A stretch of 64,000 bases of DNA from an uncultured Candidatus Binatia bacterium (GTDB taxonomy: Bacteria > Desulfobacterota > Binatia > Bin18). How positions within the stretch are numbered: position 1 is the first letter of the stretch; every line of letters begins with the position of its first letter. The notes beneath the pieces are model-generated. The model saw only the letters and a program-made list of their open reading frames with translations, did no database searches and had not been told where the DNA came from. Shown here piece after piece: positions 1 through 10,842 of the stretch. The stretch lies in assembly GCA_965214605.1 (NCBI GenBank), contig OZ243961.1:2496001-2560000 (forward strand), in the 5' to 3' direction. A program made the position numbers and the translations under genes.

Positions 1-816
1 CCGCTTGATCCGAGGCCGTAGTCCAAGTGCATACGCCCCCGCCAGGCTGGCCGCAATGAGAAAAGGGAGGGTGTCAAAATACGCCAGCTGCCAGCCTAGC
101 AGACACACGACCGAGCCGGTCGCCAGAGCTGCGGCCAGCACACGCGCCTGAGGCAAGTATGATAGGCTCGCGCTCTGCCCCTCATTTTCCTGCCCGGCAA
201 TCTTGATAAATAGATCCGGATCAATACTGGCTCGCACATCTGCGCCACGCAGAACCAGCTCTTCGCGTAAGTCGAGTTTAGGCCGGAGTTCCTCAACCGC
301 GGCTTGGCGAGCCTGAATTTCCTGTGGCTGTGCTGGCGTCTGCAACCATAGTGCCAGCATACGCTCTCCGCCACGCGTCCGGGCCGTACACAACAGCTCG
401 AACACGGACCCTGGTCCAAACAGGTCGAGGTCTGCCGCGTACGGATGGCCCTCCTCAATGAAGTCAAAACCGGCCTCCCCGTTACCTACCCAGCGGTCCT
501 CTAATCGTGCCAAGCCCCTATCATAGAAGACGACGCTCCGTTCTGCCAAACGCAGACGACGCCTGAGCTGTTCGTGTACCATGACAAGCCCGACAAACAG
601 GAGGCCAGGCCCGATCAACCACCACCACGATAGCAGACCTGGGCGACACACGAACCACGCTACACCAGTACCCGCAAGAAACACACCGAGACGCGTCGTG
701 CCTGTCCGTCGGTCATAAGTAGTCAAGCGTTCGACGACCATCCGCCGAGCACGCAGGCGGCGGGTATACTCCGTGTGTGCCTGAACAGAAGCGTGCGGGA
801 AGGGTGCGTCTTTCAC
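1..816 (-). CDS. MutS-related protein with N-terminal membrane segments (5' part; runs off the window start)
   Basis: Absent from the ORF track because no stop is reached in the window. Manual translation from GTG 816 (RBS GAGAGG) gives hydrophobic segments, then HPYAADLDLFGPGSVFELLCTARTRGGERMLALWL...RQAAVEEL, typical of membrane-anchored MutS-like proteins. Confidence 0.75.
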   Translation of the reverse strand, partial: MKDAPFPHASVQAHTEYTRRLRARRMVVERLTTYDRRTGTTRLGVFLAGTGVAWFVCRPGLLSWWWLIGPGLLFVGLVMVHEQLRRRLRLAERSVVFYDRGLARLEDRWVGNGEAGFDFIEEGHPYAADLDLFGPGSVFELLCTARTRGGERMLALWLQTPAQPQEIQARQAAVEELRPKLDLREELVLRGADVRASIDPDLFIKIAGQENEGQSASLSYLPQARVLAAALATGSVVCLLGWQLAYFDTLPFLIAASLAGAYALGLRPRIKR

Positions 817-871
817 GACCACCTCTCACTGAACAGATTGCAAAAATGATGGCTGAACACCGCCCGGTTGT

Positions 872-1660
872 CTAGCGTAAGACATCAAGATACCACTCAA
901 TGAGCGACTCTCCAAAAAAGACATAACCGAGCGCACCAAAAGCTAGAAACGGACCGAAAGGCAGGGCGAGCTTAGTGTCACTGCGCTGGAGAATCATCGC
1001 ACCGAGCCCGACTACCGAACCGAGGAATGACGCCAACAGCAGGGTAAACGGGACCGCTCGCCAGCCCAGGAAGGCTCCGATCATGGCTAACAGTTTCACA
1101 TCACCGCCTCCCATACCCTGTCTACCAGTCAGCACCTGATATCCGAAGGCGATGGCGAATAAAATACCGGCGCCAAGCGCCGCCCCAATCATCGCGCTTT
1201 GCCAGCCGACAGCGGGATTGAATCCAGAAAAGAGAACTCCCAACACCACGCCGGGCAGGCTGATCACGTCTGGAATGACCTGGTGGTCCAGATCGATAAA
1301 GCTAACGACCACAAGAATTGCGCTTAACACAAAAAAACCCAGGCCGAGCAGGCTCAGCCCAAAGTGATAGACAATCAGGACGCTCAGCAGCCCGGTCAGG
1401 GCCTCGACAAAGAAGTAACGGAAGGAAAACCTTGCCCCACATGTCCGACACCGACCGCCCAGTATCATATAGCTCACGAGTGGAAGATTGTCGTACCAGG
1501 CCAGTTGGCTTGAACAGCTCAAACAGTGCGACCTAGGAGAGATCACCGACCGCCCAAGAGGAACGCGGTAGAGGCACACATTCAAAAAACTGCCAACGCA
1601 CGTGCCGCATACAAAAGCCGAGACTATGAGGAATGGGGCGGGAAGTTCGTTCAATAACAA
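872..1660 (-). CDS. pilD: Prepilin peptidase / N-methyltransferase
   Basis: GSFLNV, two CxxC pairs (CLSC, CRTC), FIDLDH, GMGGGDVKL, PFGPFL motifs. Confidence 0.95.
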   Translation of the reverse strand: MLLNELPAPFLIVSAFVCGTCVGSFLNVCLYRVPLGRSVISPRSHCLSCSSQLAWYDNLPLVSYMILGGRCRTCGARFSFRYFFVEALTGLLSVLIVYHFGLSLLGLGFFVLSAILVVVSFIDLDHQVIPDVISLPGVVLGVLFSGFNPAVGWQSAMIGAALGAGILFAIAFGYQVLTGRQGMGGGDVKLLAMIGAFLGWRAVPFTLLLASFLGSVVGLGAMILQRSDTKLALPFGPFLAFGALGYVFFGESLIEWYLDVLR

Positions 1661-2855
1661 GACAGACTCTCAGACAACTTGGAGCAGGGGGAAGAGTGGG
1701 AGGCTCACTTTATTCTATTCGGATCCGACCGGCAAGGTTGATGATAATCCGAGGGGGCGTTTCTGCCCCATCTGCGTCGAGGGGCAGTACCATCCCAGCG
1801 TCAACGTGGCGCGTCGAGCAAAAATCACGTCTCCTCGTGAGTTGATCGCAGCTATCCGCCCATCCTGAAGGAGAAGAAGGGTAGCTTCTGGCGCTCGTAC
1901 AACTATGGAGGCGCTGGCGGCCCCAAGACCCCGCTTGCGCTGCCTCAACAATGATGATCTTCGGTTCATCGAGCGTGCTGCAGGATGGGTCCCCGTCATG
2001 AGCGATGAACGCAGAAAGAACGTTTCCTCATCGCGCAAGATGTCATGGAGGGGATTGCGTTGGCTAGGGTTGCGCATCAGCAGAACCGTTCACGGAGCAC
2101 AAGGGCCGTGCTCCCGGAGCGCGGGCGGAGTGGGACAATAGATCGAGGTTGAGAAAACAGCCTGGCTCGTTGGCCCCACATACGCCGACGCCAAAACAGA
2201 GCAGGTTGTCCGAATCGCAGGACCTGAATAAAATTGACGTACTCCTCCCCCAGTGTCGGCCCGGCAGAGGCTGGCGGCTCTCTATTCAACGCTCCCGTGT
2301 TTAAGACAACCGAGGGCACTCTCTAGCCCACTATGGGGGCAAAGGAGGGGATGGGAGCTGACAGACCGTCGGCCATCGGAGCCGTGATTTCTAACCGAGG
2401 TCTAGAATATGCTGACCGCTGCCTACACTGTTGTCGTCAAAATCCGTGTGGAACCCGCAAACGCCTAGGGACCTCCGCGTTGCCCGCAGCGCGGCTCCTC
2501 GCATCAGAGAAAATACCGGCGATAGTCAGGGCAACGAATGATTCGACCAAGCTGACCCTGGGCTGACTCTCCCTGTTCACATTGAACAGGGTGGCCGGCG
2601 AAATCGTGTGGACTACGGGCCGAGGCACGAAACGTGCCTCGGCCTAAGGGGCGCTGTTGGAAGGCTCATTGATAACCACACTCCAGGTCCTGCAGCTGGG
2701 CCGGCGTTTACCCTCAGCATGTTGCTAAGGCTGACTGAAAGGCTGAAGGCGAGCCGGAAGAAAGCAGGACGGCCACCAGGACTTCGATAAGCGAAAAGCC
2801 GGCCGCGGGGCTTATGTAGCTGCCCCTAGAGCGGGATTGTGTTAGCAAACCGCGA

Positions 2856-4691
2856 TCAGTCTTTCTTCACTCTGATTTCTTTGAGCGCTGCGGTCAGGAG
2901 CGGTACCACCTCGGCATAATCCCCAACAATTCCGATGTCAGCGTTATGGAACATCGGGGCTTTTTGATTCTTGTTAATGGCAACCACCGTGCCGGCTCTA
3001 CGAATACCCACCGTATGCTCAAAGGCGCCACGGATGCCGATCGAGAAATACAGCTTGGGAGAAATCGCCCGTCCGGTCAGGCCGACCTGGTGCTGCCTGG
3101 GCAGCCAGCCCATATCGGCAATATCACGGGTTGCGGCCAGCGGCGCCCCACCCAAGGCTACGGCCAGCTCTTCAATCACCGGCAGGTTCTCCGGCCCCTG
3201 AATGCCTTTGCCAACACCGATCGTAATCTCGGCTGAATCCAGCTCCGCAGCCTTGCCAGCCTCTGCCCCTGTTTGCGACACTAGCCGTACTCGGCTGGGT
3301 ATTACTTCTTCTGGTTGGATCAGCTCAATGCGGGCCTGGTGGGCTGGGTTGGCCTTGGCCTTTTTTAACATACCGGGTCGAACGGTCGCCATCTCAGGTC
3401 TGGTTTTGGACAGAATCGGAGCGACGACGTTGCCGCCAAAGGCGGGCTTATACTGCAGCAGTTGGCCCTGATCGTTGACAGCCAGATCAACGCAGTCCCC
3501 GGTCAGGCCGAGGGCTAAACGGGCGGCCACTCGCGGGGCGAGGTCACGGCCGATAGCGGTTGAGCCGAGCAACACAACGCCGGGATTGTAGGTCTGAATG
3601 GTGGTGCTTAGCAGGGCACTATAATCGTCGGTCATATATGTAGCCAGGTGTTTGTGGTCGGCCACATACACCACATCCGCCCCATGAACGGCCAGGGTCG
3701 CCGTGTGATGATCCACCCCGCTGCCGGCCAGCAGTACGCCGACCTCGCCGGTATATCTTTCGGCTAGTTCGTTCGCCTTGCCCAGCAGCTCAAGCGTAAC
3801 CGGACGCAGTGTGTCACCAAAGGTTTCGGCAACAACCCAGACAGATTTTCCGTCGCCCGGCCGGCGTTTTTGCGGTTCGCCATTACCCGTTCCGTCGTCA
3901 TCCGCCCAGGTGCCAAACAGGCCACGCTCCAGCAAGAAGTCGACAAGCGTGTTGACCTGGTCCGACAGCTCGCCCTCCAGCACTCTTTTCTCACGGATAT
4001 CTTCAACCGCTTCGATCGACTCGACCCAGGTCGGTGAGCCCGAGGCACCAAAGATAGACAGGTCTGAGGACAATTCGGTGGCGGTTACGGTTTGAATAGG
4101 TTTTTCCTTGGCCGCTTCCCGCTCAGCCCTTTTTGGAAAGCGTTCGGGCGCTAAGTCTTCGGTGGCAGACACAAGCGCTGGCAAGGAACATTCAACCGTT
4201 TCAAAGCCCCTATCAGTCTCTCGCTCTGCGCTCAAGGTGCGTCCGTTGATGCTGAGGGTGCGGGTAGCAGTGATCTGCGGAATATCGAGTAGCTCTGCCA
4301 CCTCGGGCCCAACTTGGCCGGTCTCGGCGTCGGTGCTGTGACGGCCGCACAGGATCAAGTCATAGCCCTCGCGTTTAAGGGCTAGGGCCAGGGCTCGTGC
4401 CGTGGCCAGCGTATCTGAGCCGGCAAAGGCACGGTCGGTGATATGCACCCCACGGTCTGCGCCGAGGGCCAGGCAGTGCTGGAGGGCGTTGCTCGCCTGA
4501 GGAGGTCCTAGGGTCATAGCTACCACTTCTCCACCCTTGGCCTCGCACAACTCGACGGCCTTGAGTAGAGCTCGAATATCGAACGAGCTGACTTCGGAAC
4601 GAACGCCTTCACGCTGTAGTGTCTTAGTCTTGGGATCAAGTTTCATTTCCGAAACCATAGGGACTTGTTTAATCAATACAACGGTTTTCAT
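2856..4691 (-). CDS. Fused electron transfer flavoprotein beta+alpha subunit
   Basis: N-half is EtfB (KQVP, ALGAD, GSDTLATA, DAETGQVG); C-half is EtfA (GRDLAPRVAA, QVGLTG, GIRGAFEHTVG, INKN...ADIGIVGD); one 611-aa ORF. Confidence 0.92.
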   Translation of the reverse strand: MKTVVLIKQVPMVSEMKLDPKTKTLQREGVRSEVSSFDIRALLKAVELCEAKGGEVVAMTLGPPQASNALQHCLALGADRGVHITDRAFAGSDTLATARALALALKREGYDLILCGRHSTDAETGQVGPEVAELLDIPQITATRTLSINGRTLSAERETDRGFETVECSLPALVSATEDLAPERFPKRAEREAAKEKPIQTVTATELSSDLSIFGASGSPTWVESIEAVEDIREKRVLEGELSDQVNTLVDFLLERGLFGTWADDDGTGNGEPQKRRPGDGKSVWVVAETFGDTLRPVTLELLGKANELAERYTGEVGVLLAGSGVDHHTATLAVHGADVVYVADHKHLATYMTDDYSALLSTTIQTYNPGVVLLGSTAIGRDLAPRVAARLALGLTGDCVDLAVNDQGQLLQYKPAFGGNVVAPILSKTRPEMATVRPGMLKKAKANPAHQARIELIQPEEVIPSRVRLVSQTGAEAGKAAELDSAEITIGVGKGIQGPENLPVIEELAVALGGAPLAATRDIADMGWLPRQHQVGLTGRAISPKLYFSIGIRGAFEHTVGIRRAGTVVAINKNQKAPMFHNADIGIVGDYAEVVPLLTAALKEIRVKKD

Positions 4692-4809
4692 CTAGCGCAC
4701 GCTCCTTTGTGAGCGGGAGACTATCGTGCTTCGTGCTGGGACGTCAACCGCTTGGGCGGACGGTGTAGGAGTCGATCAACGTGCCGTGCGGATTAAACAG
4801 GAAGGCGCT

Positions 4810-5900
4810 AGGGCCCAGCTTCTAGCCCGGTGAAAGCGATGCAGACCGTCTCAGACGCTGTTCCGACCGCCGTCTGACAGTAGGAAGGTGTAACCGGGCC
4901 GTGGGCGGGGGCTGGAGAAAACCGAGGAATTGTTTTGGTCGTCCTGTATGGCAAGGTCGGCCAACTCGACCGGTTGGGGACTGATGTTGCGGATGCGAAT
5001 ATACTCGCTGTTTGGGCCGGTCCTGTCGTTGCCCGGAGCATCGGTGCGTACCAGGGTAATTGTCAGCGGTCTCTTTACGCTCTGCCGCAGGCCCTCCTGG
5101 CCTGCGGTCTGGGCATTACGCTGCAAGCACGGCCAGTCGTCCGCTTGCTCAAGCGGGTAATAGGAATAAAGAGGTACGCTCAGCCGGAACGAAGGAGGCG
5201 GGTATTGACCAGGCTGTCATTGACATACACATAGTCTGGCAGACGTCGATAGCGGTCCAACTCGGGTCTGACAACCATCCCCTGGACCTGTTTGCCGAGT
5301 GCCAGCTGTTCCTTGCAGCGTTTGGACCCGCTCGACAAACGGTTGATCGTATTCTTCAGTATTCAGCCCGAAATAGCGAACGGTCCGCCCCTTGCTGAGT
5401 CGGATCGTATCCCCGCCAAGGACTGGCGGCTATCCGCCCGGAGTGACCGGGCCGGTGACCGGAGTAGTGGGGCCGATGACGAAATTCTGCCGTGCCTATT
5501 GCCACCGCACCGCAACATCCGTTCCAAGCTCGGGGAGATCGTCCAGGACAAACTGCTGGCGTTGCGTACAAACTCAATCCAAAGTAATCACTGTGATCGG
5601 TGCATCGACGAACTCCTCCCCGTCAGCCGCTGTCGCCCAATAGATTCCAGTTTATCAACAATCCAAAGCCGTTGTTGTTGTCATTCTGACGTATGTCTCG
5701 GGTACTACCCCTGAGGAGTCCCATAGGCAGCTCGCAAGGGATTGGACATCATCAAAAATAATCCCAATGGAACTGGCCTCACACACCCAGCCGGAAATCA
5801 GCCCGGTGCCACTCTGAAAAGAGTCGGACTGAAGATTTTCCAGGGAAGCTTGGGCCCAGGGGGGAGAGGAAAGGCAGTGAGGATGAATACGGCTCACAGC
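4810..5900 (-). pseudogene. Decayed secreted protein: unnamed N-terminal domain + thermonuclease (SNase) + lamin-tail domain
   Basis: Pieces in different frames: LENLQSDSFQSGTGLISGWVCEA, NGFGLLINWNLLGD, QNFVI; GGDTIRL..GRTVRYFGLNT; DRYRRL.DYVYV....VNTRLLRSG*; DAPGND...PNSEYIRIRN. Interrupted by stops and frameshifts; boundaries approximate. Confidence 0.7.
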
Positions 5901-5961
5901 CACGGGAGAGTAGCCAGCGGGGAGTGATGAGGGTTTCTGCTGATACGCCCGTTCCTGTCGG

Positions 5962-7125
5962 CTAGCGCAGAGACCGGAAAAATTCCCGCACGTCATCGAC
6001 CAGCAGTTGGGGCTCTTCCATGGCGGCGAAGTGGCCGCCCGAGGGCATCAGGGTCCAACGTTTGAGGTTGTAATACTCTTCCGCCCACTTGCGCGGCATA
6101 AGAATGACTTCTTTCTGGAATACGGCCACGCCCATCGGGCTTTCAACCACCGGCCTACGATTGTGGGAGGGCTGCCAGGGGTTATGCGTTGCCTCGTAGT
6201 AGTAGCGGGCCGAGGTACCAAAACTCTGGGTGATCCAGTAGATCATGACAGTGGTAAGTAGGTCATCTTTGCTAAAGCGTTTTTCCACCTCGCCGTTGCA
6301 ATCGCTCCAGGTCCGGCGTTTTTCTACAATCCAGGAACACAGCCCCACCGGCGAATCGTTCAGAGCAAAGGCCAGGGTCTGGGGTTTTGTCGTCTGCAAG
6401 GCCGAATAGCCGCTCTCAGCTGTGAAAAAATGATTGTTTTTTTCATACCAGTCCTCTTCGCCCGGCCCATACAGAGATTCATCGGGCAGGCTATCGATAA
6501 AAACGGATAGCGGGGCCATGAGGTTGACGTGGGTCCCAATCAGTTTGTCGGCATACTTATGGCCGAGTTGGGCTGTAATAATCGCCCCCCAATCACCCCC
6601 CTGGGCAGCGAACTTTTCGTAGCCGAGCACGTTTTGCATGAGATCGACCCACAGGTCGGCGGTACGCCAGAAATTGATGCCGGTGGTTATCAGCGGTGTG
6701 GAAAAACCATAGCCGGGTAGCGAGGGAACCACCACGTCAAAGGCATCGGCTGGATCTCCGCCAAACGCGGCTGGGTCGCTGAGCGGCCGAATGACTTTGT
6801 GAAAGTCCCAAAAGGTCCACGGCCAGCCATGGCTCAAAATTAGCGGGAGCGGATTGGGGCCTTTTCCAGGCTCATGAATGAAATGGATCGGAATGCCGTC
6901 AATCGTTGTCTTGTAGTTGGCAAAGGCGTTCATCTCCCGCTCGTGTTTGCGCCAGTCGTAGTCTTTCCGCCAGTAAGCGATGAGTTCTTGTAAGTAGTCC
7001 CCATTGGTCCCATACTCCCAACGGGGATTGGCAAAGTCTTGGGCCAAACGGGCTTTGTCGAGCCGTACGTGGAGGTCGGTCAAGATGTCTTGTGGCACAT
7101 CAATGGTGAAAGTTTCTTTTTGCAC
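5962..7125 (-). CDS. Epoxide hydrolase (microsomal type, alpha/beta hydrolase)
   Basis: EHN-like N-terminus (YWR..YDWR), HGWP, SLPGYGFS, GGDWG nucleophile, GGHFAAME. Confidence 0.93.
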   Translation of the reverse strand: MQKETFTIDVPQDILTDLHVRLDKARLAQDFANPRWEYGTNGDYLQELIAYWRKDYDWRKHEREMNAFANYKTTIDGIPIHFIHEPGKGPNPLPLILSHGWPWTFWDFHKVIRPLSDPAAFGGDPADAFDVVVPSLPGYGFSTPLITTGINFWRTADLWVDLMQNVLGYEKFAAQGGDWGAIITAQLGHKYADKLIGTHVNLMAPLSVFIDSLPDESLYGPGEEDWYEKNNHFFTAESGYSALQTTKPQTLAFALNDSPVGLCSWIVEKRRTWSDCNGEVEKRFSKDDLLTTVMIYWITQSFGTSARYYYEATHNPWQPSHNRRPVVESPMGVAVFQKEVILMPRKWAEEYYNLKRWTLMPSGGHFAAMEEPQLLVDDVREFFRSLR

Positions 7126-7135
7126 GGTGCCCTCC

Positions 7136-7462
7136 TTATTCGTCCGTTGTGTTCAGCAGCTGAGCTGGAACACAAATCTGCTTTTCCTCCAGGAGCTTTT
7201 CAAACGCGGCTAGCCAGCTCTCGTAGTAAGGCTGGGGGGAACCCGTTGGGCACGATTTTTCGGCCTGTTCTACCATGCTGATCTCGGCGATTAAATGCTC
7301 GCGAAATTCATCCCACGAATAGTAGCCCTGCTCGCACAGCGACACGGCCAGGGCAAACACCCGACGCTCCCACTGATCGTGGAACACGAGCTCGCCGCTG
7401 CGGCGGGGCAGCGAAGCGTGGCCGGGCATTTCGGCGATTACCGGTTTGGCGGTTCTGTTCAT
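7136..7462 (-). CDS. Nitrile hydratase accessory protein (P14K/NhhG-like)
   Basis: F...[26 protein letters not shown]; overlaps the nthA stop. Confidence 0.9.
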   Translation of the reverse strand: MNRTAKPVIAEMPGHASLPRRSGELVFHDQWERRVFALAVSLCEQGYYSWDEFREHLIAEISMVEQAEKSCPTGSPQPYYESWLAAFEKLLEEKQICVPAQLLNTTDE

Positions 7463-8121
7463 ACCGACTGCGCACTTTGACTGGGATCGAATCCAACTTT
7501 GGTCACGCCAATCATGGCGTCCCGGTCGACGAGTTGGGCCAGCGCTTCTTCGCTCATATGTTCTGTCCCGCTCGGCCGTTCTGGTAGCACCATGTACCGA
7601 ATCTCGGCGCTACTATCCCATACCCGAACAGCGACCGATTCCTCCAGCTCCAGGCCAAACTCGCGCAGCACGCTGCGCGGATCGATCACCACCCGTGAGC
7701 GGTAGGGCGCGCTCTTGAACCAGGTCGGTGGCAAGCCCAAGACCGGCCAGGGGTAACACGAGCACAGCGTACACACAACAACATTATGGATCGTCGGCGT
7801 GTTCTCGACCACGACCATATGTTCGCCCTGTAACCCCCCCAAGCCCAACTCTTCAACGGCGGCGGTGGCATTGCTCAGCAGCCGCTGTTTATAGGCCGGG
7901 TCGGTCCAGGCTCGGGCTACAACCTTGGCACCCTTGAGCGGTCCCAGGTCGTTTTCGTACAGCTCGACGATCTTGTCGAGTGATTCGGTTGCGACCAAAC
8001 CTTTTTGGGTCAACAAAGACTCAAGCGACCTGACCCGTTCTTCCAGGGCTTGGGTCTGCTCGGGCGTGTGGTGTTTTTCGAGTTTGGGATCGGATGGGGC
8101 ATTATGGTGGTCACTGTTCAT
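7459..8121 (-). CDS. nthA: Nitrile hydratase alpha subunit, cobalt type
   Basis: VCTLCSCY metal-binding motif (Thr indicates Co type), [15 protein letters not shown]. Confidence 0.97.
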   Translation of the reverse strand: MNSDHHNAPSDPKLEKHHTPEQTQALEERVRSLESLLTQKGLVATESLDKIVELYENDLGPLKGAKVVARAWTDPAYKQRLLSNATAAVEELGLGGLQGEHMVVVENTPTIHNVVVCTLCSCYPWPVLGLPPTWFKSAPYRSRVVIDPRSVLREFGLELEESVAVRVWDSSAEIRYMVLPERPSGTEHMSEEALAQLVDRDAMIGVTKVGFDPSQSAQSV

Positions 8122-8131
8122 GAGACTGTCC

Positions 8132-8791
8132 TCATACGACTTCTAAATGGTCTTCCCATAAATCGATGGACACACTATCGCGGCTTGGCGTGTCAGGACC
8201 CCACAAGGTCTGGGCTTTGAAACAAACCGAATAGAGGGGCTGGGCCTGTTCCCCTCTACCGTGGGCGTTGCTGTCCGGATACACAAAGGTGCCGTGGACG
8301 CGATCAATACGACCTAGCTTACCGCGGACATAGCGTGGCATCCGCGTATGACCGATTGGATTGATATTGCGAGCTCTAACTTGGTCGCCTGGGGCAAAGC
8401 GTGGGGTAAGTTGGCCGCTCTCGCGTTCGGCCGAGACGCCCCGGCGGACGACCTGGGCAACGACCTCGGCCGGCATCGGGTTGGACGTCTCGGCTAGTTT
8501 GCCCTGAAGTCTTCCTGATGCTAACTCTTGGAGGGCGAGCACTTCTTTTTCCACAGTCAGCGTTTCTAGTGCGGCCAGCCAGTGTTCGTAGTAGGTCGAA
8601 GACAGATAGTGGACCGGCTCCATGCGCTCAATGGCGTGCCGAAATTCGTCAATATTGGCCACGCCTCCGAACGACAGCATGGTCAGGGCAAACACCCTCC
8701 TCTCCCACGCGGCGTGAAAGAGAGGCTCGTTGTCTTCTCGCTCGACTGGACCGTAACACATCATACCGCCCATATCGTGTGGACCGTTCAT
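8132..8791 (-). CDS. nthB: Nitrile hydratase beta subunit
   Basis: [36 protein letters not shown]. Confidence 0.96.
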   Translation of the reverse strand: MNGPHDMGGMMCYGPVEREDNEPLFHAAWERRVFALTMLSFGGVANIDEFRHAIERMEPVHYLSSTYYEHWLAALETLTVEKEVLALQELASGRLQGKLAETSNPMPAEVVAQVVRRGVSAERESGQLTPRFAPGDQVRARNINPIGHTRMPRYVRGKLGRIDRVHGTFVYPDSNAHGRGEQAQPLYSVCFKAQTLWGPDTPSRDSVSIDLWEDHLEVV

Positions 8792-9468
8792 ATCCCTACT
8801 CCCTGGAAAAGTGAGCTGAGCCTAGCACCCGTGCGGTATAGGATCAAGTTTTCTCGCGCTTTTTGCTATAACGTAGGCCAAGACTGCAAAAGGAGGAGTG
8901 TACGGTCAACGATTACCCAACGAGCGGACAACAGAGCCATTTCGGTTATGGTAGGCAGAAAGCGGAGAAACCGTCCTGATATGTCACCAAGTAGGCAGCC
9001 TTGAGCGTACAGCCGCAGTCAAACTGAAGCCGCAGGAGCATGGCAGTGCAGCCAATCCCGCCTCCATTGTACTGGTATGTGAATCGGAAGAAACAACGGA
9101 CGAATGGGCCACGGTCATCGTTCCAGAGCAACGGGTCATTTATAAGGTTCTTGATTGGCGCTACACCCTGTGTAGACTGATGTATCGGCTCGTGTTTTCA
9201 GAGCCCGATGTGGGGTGAATGGTCTCGGCATCGAGTATCAAACCCATGCCTATGGAGTGACATGGCTACAAAAGGAGAATTGGGCGGCTGGTGAGACGAA
9301 GCAGATTTCTTGAGATTTGGGCTGTCAAAAATCAAGATAGCAATGAACTATCCCAGCCTGACCTTCAACTGCGAATCCAAGCCAGCCTGGATTGCCCTGT
9401 GCATATGTCGTGGCCTTTCGAGGCTATGGGCTGCTATGCTGACTTAACCCCTGGACGGAGGAATCGTT

Positions 9469-10842
9469 ATGCTTGCTGAAACAACTATCCGAAAGATCCT
9501 AGATCTTGGCCTGAGCCGTGGCGCGGATTTTGCCGAAGTCTTTGTCGAAGAATCCGAAACCTCTTCGATCGATTTCTTGCAACGCAAACTCGACCGGATT
9601 AACTCCAGCAACGCCTTCGGCGTTGGCATCCGTCTGCTGTTTGGTAATGAGTCTGCCTATGGCTACAGCAGTGACGTGTCAGAAGACGCACTATTGCAGC
9701 TGACCTCGAATTTGGCCCGTGAGGCCCAAGCGGGCGGGTCGTCTTCCATCTTTCACAAGGAACAGGTGACCGATCGGCATCCGGTGATGATCGATCCTGC
9801 CAGCGTGTCCAAAAACGAGCGGGTTGAGCTACTGCGCCATCTCGACGGGCTGACCCGCCAAACCGGTGCGGCCATTCGTCAGGTTGGAGCCTCGGTGGCC
9901 GAGAAGCAACGATCGGTTCTAATTGCCAACAGCGAAGGTCTCTGGGTTGAGGATTCCTCGCATTACTCCCGGCTGCGGCTCAGCGCAATTGCTGAAGACG
10001 GCGATGGGCCGCAAACCGCGATGGAAAGTCCCGGAGTGCTGGGTGGCTACGAGTTTTTTCAGAATCTTGATTTAGCTGCCCTAGCCCAGGATGCCGGGCA
10101 ACGGGCTATCCGTATGGCCAGGGCCGGCTATATTGAGGGCGGGATTCTGCCGGTGATTATCGGCAACGGGTTTGGGGGGGTGATCTTCCACGAAGCCTGT
10201 GGACATCCGCTAGAAACCGAAGCCATTCGCAAGAACGCGTCTCCATTTATTGGCAAGGTCGGCGAAACAGTCGCTCCACCCGTCCTCACAGCAATTGACG
10301 ATGGAACGCTTGAGCATCACTGGGGATCTTTAAATATTGATGATGAGGGGGAACCAGCCAAACGGACCGTGCTGATTGAAAACGGCGTACTCAGAGCTTA
10401 TCTAGCCGATCGCATCGGCGCCCGCCAGGTCGGTGTGCCACAGACCGGCTCTGGACGGCGTGAGTCATACAAATTTGCACCAGTATCGCGGATGCGCAAC
10501 ACCTATATCGACAACGGACCACATACCCCTGAGGAGATTATTGCCTCTGTTGAGTATGGTCTGTACGCCAAAAAGATGGGAGGTGGCTCGGTCGATCCTT
10601 CGACCGGAGAGTTCAATTTTGCGGTGCAGGAAGGCTACATCGTTCGGGATGGAAAAATTGCGGAACCAGTGCGTGGAGCAACCCTGATCGGCAAGGGCTA
10701 CGAAATCCTGCCGTGTATTTCGATGGTAGCTAACGATCTAGAGTTTGCCGCCGGCATGTGCGGTGCGTCGAGTGGTTGGGTGCCGACCACGGTTGGCCAG
10801 CCGACGCTGAAAGTCGACTCCATCCTAGTCGGAGGCCGCTAA
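9469..10842 (+). CDS. tldD: TldD metalloprotease
   Basis: GADFAEVF, HEACGHPLE, DDEG, RMRNTY, VGQP. Confidence 0.93.
   Translation: MLAETTIRKILDLGLSRGADFAEVFVEESETSSIDFLQRKLDRINSSNAFGVGIRLLFGNESAYGYSSDVSEDALLQLTSNLAREAQAGGSSSIFHKEQVTDRHPVMIDPASVSKNERVELLRHLDGLTRQTGAAIRQVGASVAEKQRSVLIANSEGLWVEDSSHYSRLRLSAIAEDGDGPQTAMESPGVLGGYEFFQNLDLAALAQDAGQRAIRMARAGYIEGGILPVIIGNGFGGVIFHEACGHPLETEAIRKNASPFIGKVGETVAPPVLTAIDDGTLEHHWGSLNIDDEGEPAKRTVLIENGVLRAYLADRIGARQVGVPQTGSGRRESYKFAPVSRMRNTYIDNGPHTPEEIIASVEYGLYAKKMGGGSVDPSTGEFNFAVQEGYIVRDGKIAEPVRGATLIGKGYEILPCISMVANDLEFAAGMCGASSGWVPTTVGQPTLKVDSILVGGR

Noticed and set aside
8830-9460. Toxin (RelE-like) remnant or small genes in the nthB-tldD gap
   Set aside because: Only a few scattered residues (YRLVF, EIWAV) amid stop codons; not supportable.
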